From Camelus dromedarius (taxonomy: Eukaryota): DNA of 64,000 nucleotides. Below, one piece after another: positions 63,523 to 64,000 of the stretch (position 1 is the first letter of the stretch; each line of letters opens with the position of its first letter). The stretch is taken from contig NC_087437.1 of the NCBI RefSeq assembly GCF_036321535.1, forward strand, positions 33,296,001 to 33,360,000, written 5' to 3'. The position numbers and the translations under genes were made by a program. A model generated the notes under the pieces. That model was given only the letters and a program-made list of their open reading frames with translations. It ran no database searches and was not told the DNA's origin.

Positions 63523-64000
63523 ACTTTCTACATGTCAAGCACTGTTCTAGGTGCTTAACTTGGTTAATTTCTCTTAATCTTTATAGCACTCTAGGAGCTG
63601 AGTTTATTATTATCCCTGTAAAGCAGTGCTGCCTAGCAGAAATATAACATAAGCCATGTGTGGAATTTCAAATTTTATGGTATAGCTACATTTAAAAAAT
63701 TTTTTTTAAAAAGTAAAATCAATTTTATAGTATATTTAATATATCTAAAATATTGTTATTTGACATGTAATCAATATAAAAAATAGTAATTAGGTATTTT
63801 ACATTTTTTTTTGTGCTAGGTCTTTGAAACCCAGTGTGTAATTTCACAGAGCGCATCTCCACTCAGAGTAGTCACATTTCTAGTGCTCAATAGCCACATG
63901 CAGCACCTGGCTACCATATTGAACAGCAGAGTGCTAGAACTTAGGATGGTTAATGAGCCCAAAGTCCCAAGTTAGCAAGTGGCAACCTGGACTTTAGATC
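63523..64000 (-). mobile_element. MIR split by MER33
   Basis: catgtcaagcactgttctaggtgctt...attattatccc on the left; cccaaagtcccaagttagcaagtggca on the right. Confidence 0.75.
63624..63931. mobile_element. MER33 hAT-Charlie element
   Basis: cagtgctgcctagcagaaatataa...catgtaatcaatataaaa...gtgctcaatagccacatg..tggctaccatattgaacag. Confidence 0.85.

Overview
Eukaryotic, non-coding mammalian DNA; there is no prokaryotic gene system, CRISPR array, rRNA or tRNA gene. About half of the window (visual estimate) is decayed eutherian transposons: L1M-family LINEs, L2, MIR, CR1/L3, MaLR/ERVL LTRs, and hAT and mariner MITEs. Two copies of a short tRNA-derived SINE resemble camelid Vic-1, and I saw no Alu, B1/B2, Bov-tA/BovB, PRE-1 or SINEC, so a camelid genome is likely (inference). 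There is a 200-N assembly gap at 10613-10812. No ORF in the track is a credible host gene: the recognisable ones are L1 ORF2 debris or low-complexity translations. L1 sequence lies mostly on the minus strand, which suggests a long intron of a plus-strand gene that I cannot name. The best second-look items are a recursive-splice-site/RS-exon-like arrangement at 31515-31637, a SINE with about 90 bp of extra sequence inside its target-site duplication (TSD), an L1 micro-inversion that another copy in the window confirms, a perfect MARE inside a MER5 element, and several motif-dense repeat-free blocks. Repeat names come from recalled consensus features, not a database search. Subfamily labels are tentative, and boundaries are approximate unless a TSD is given. 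I found no convincing new biological system.
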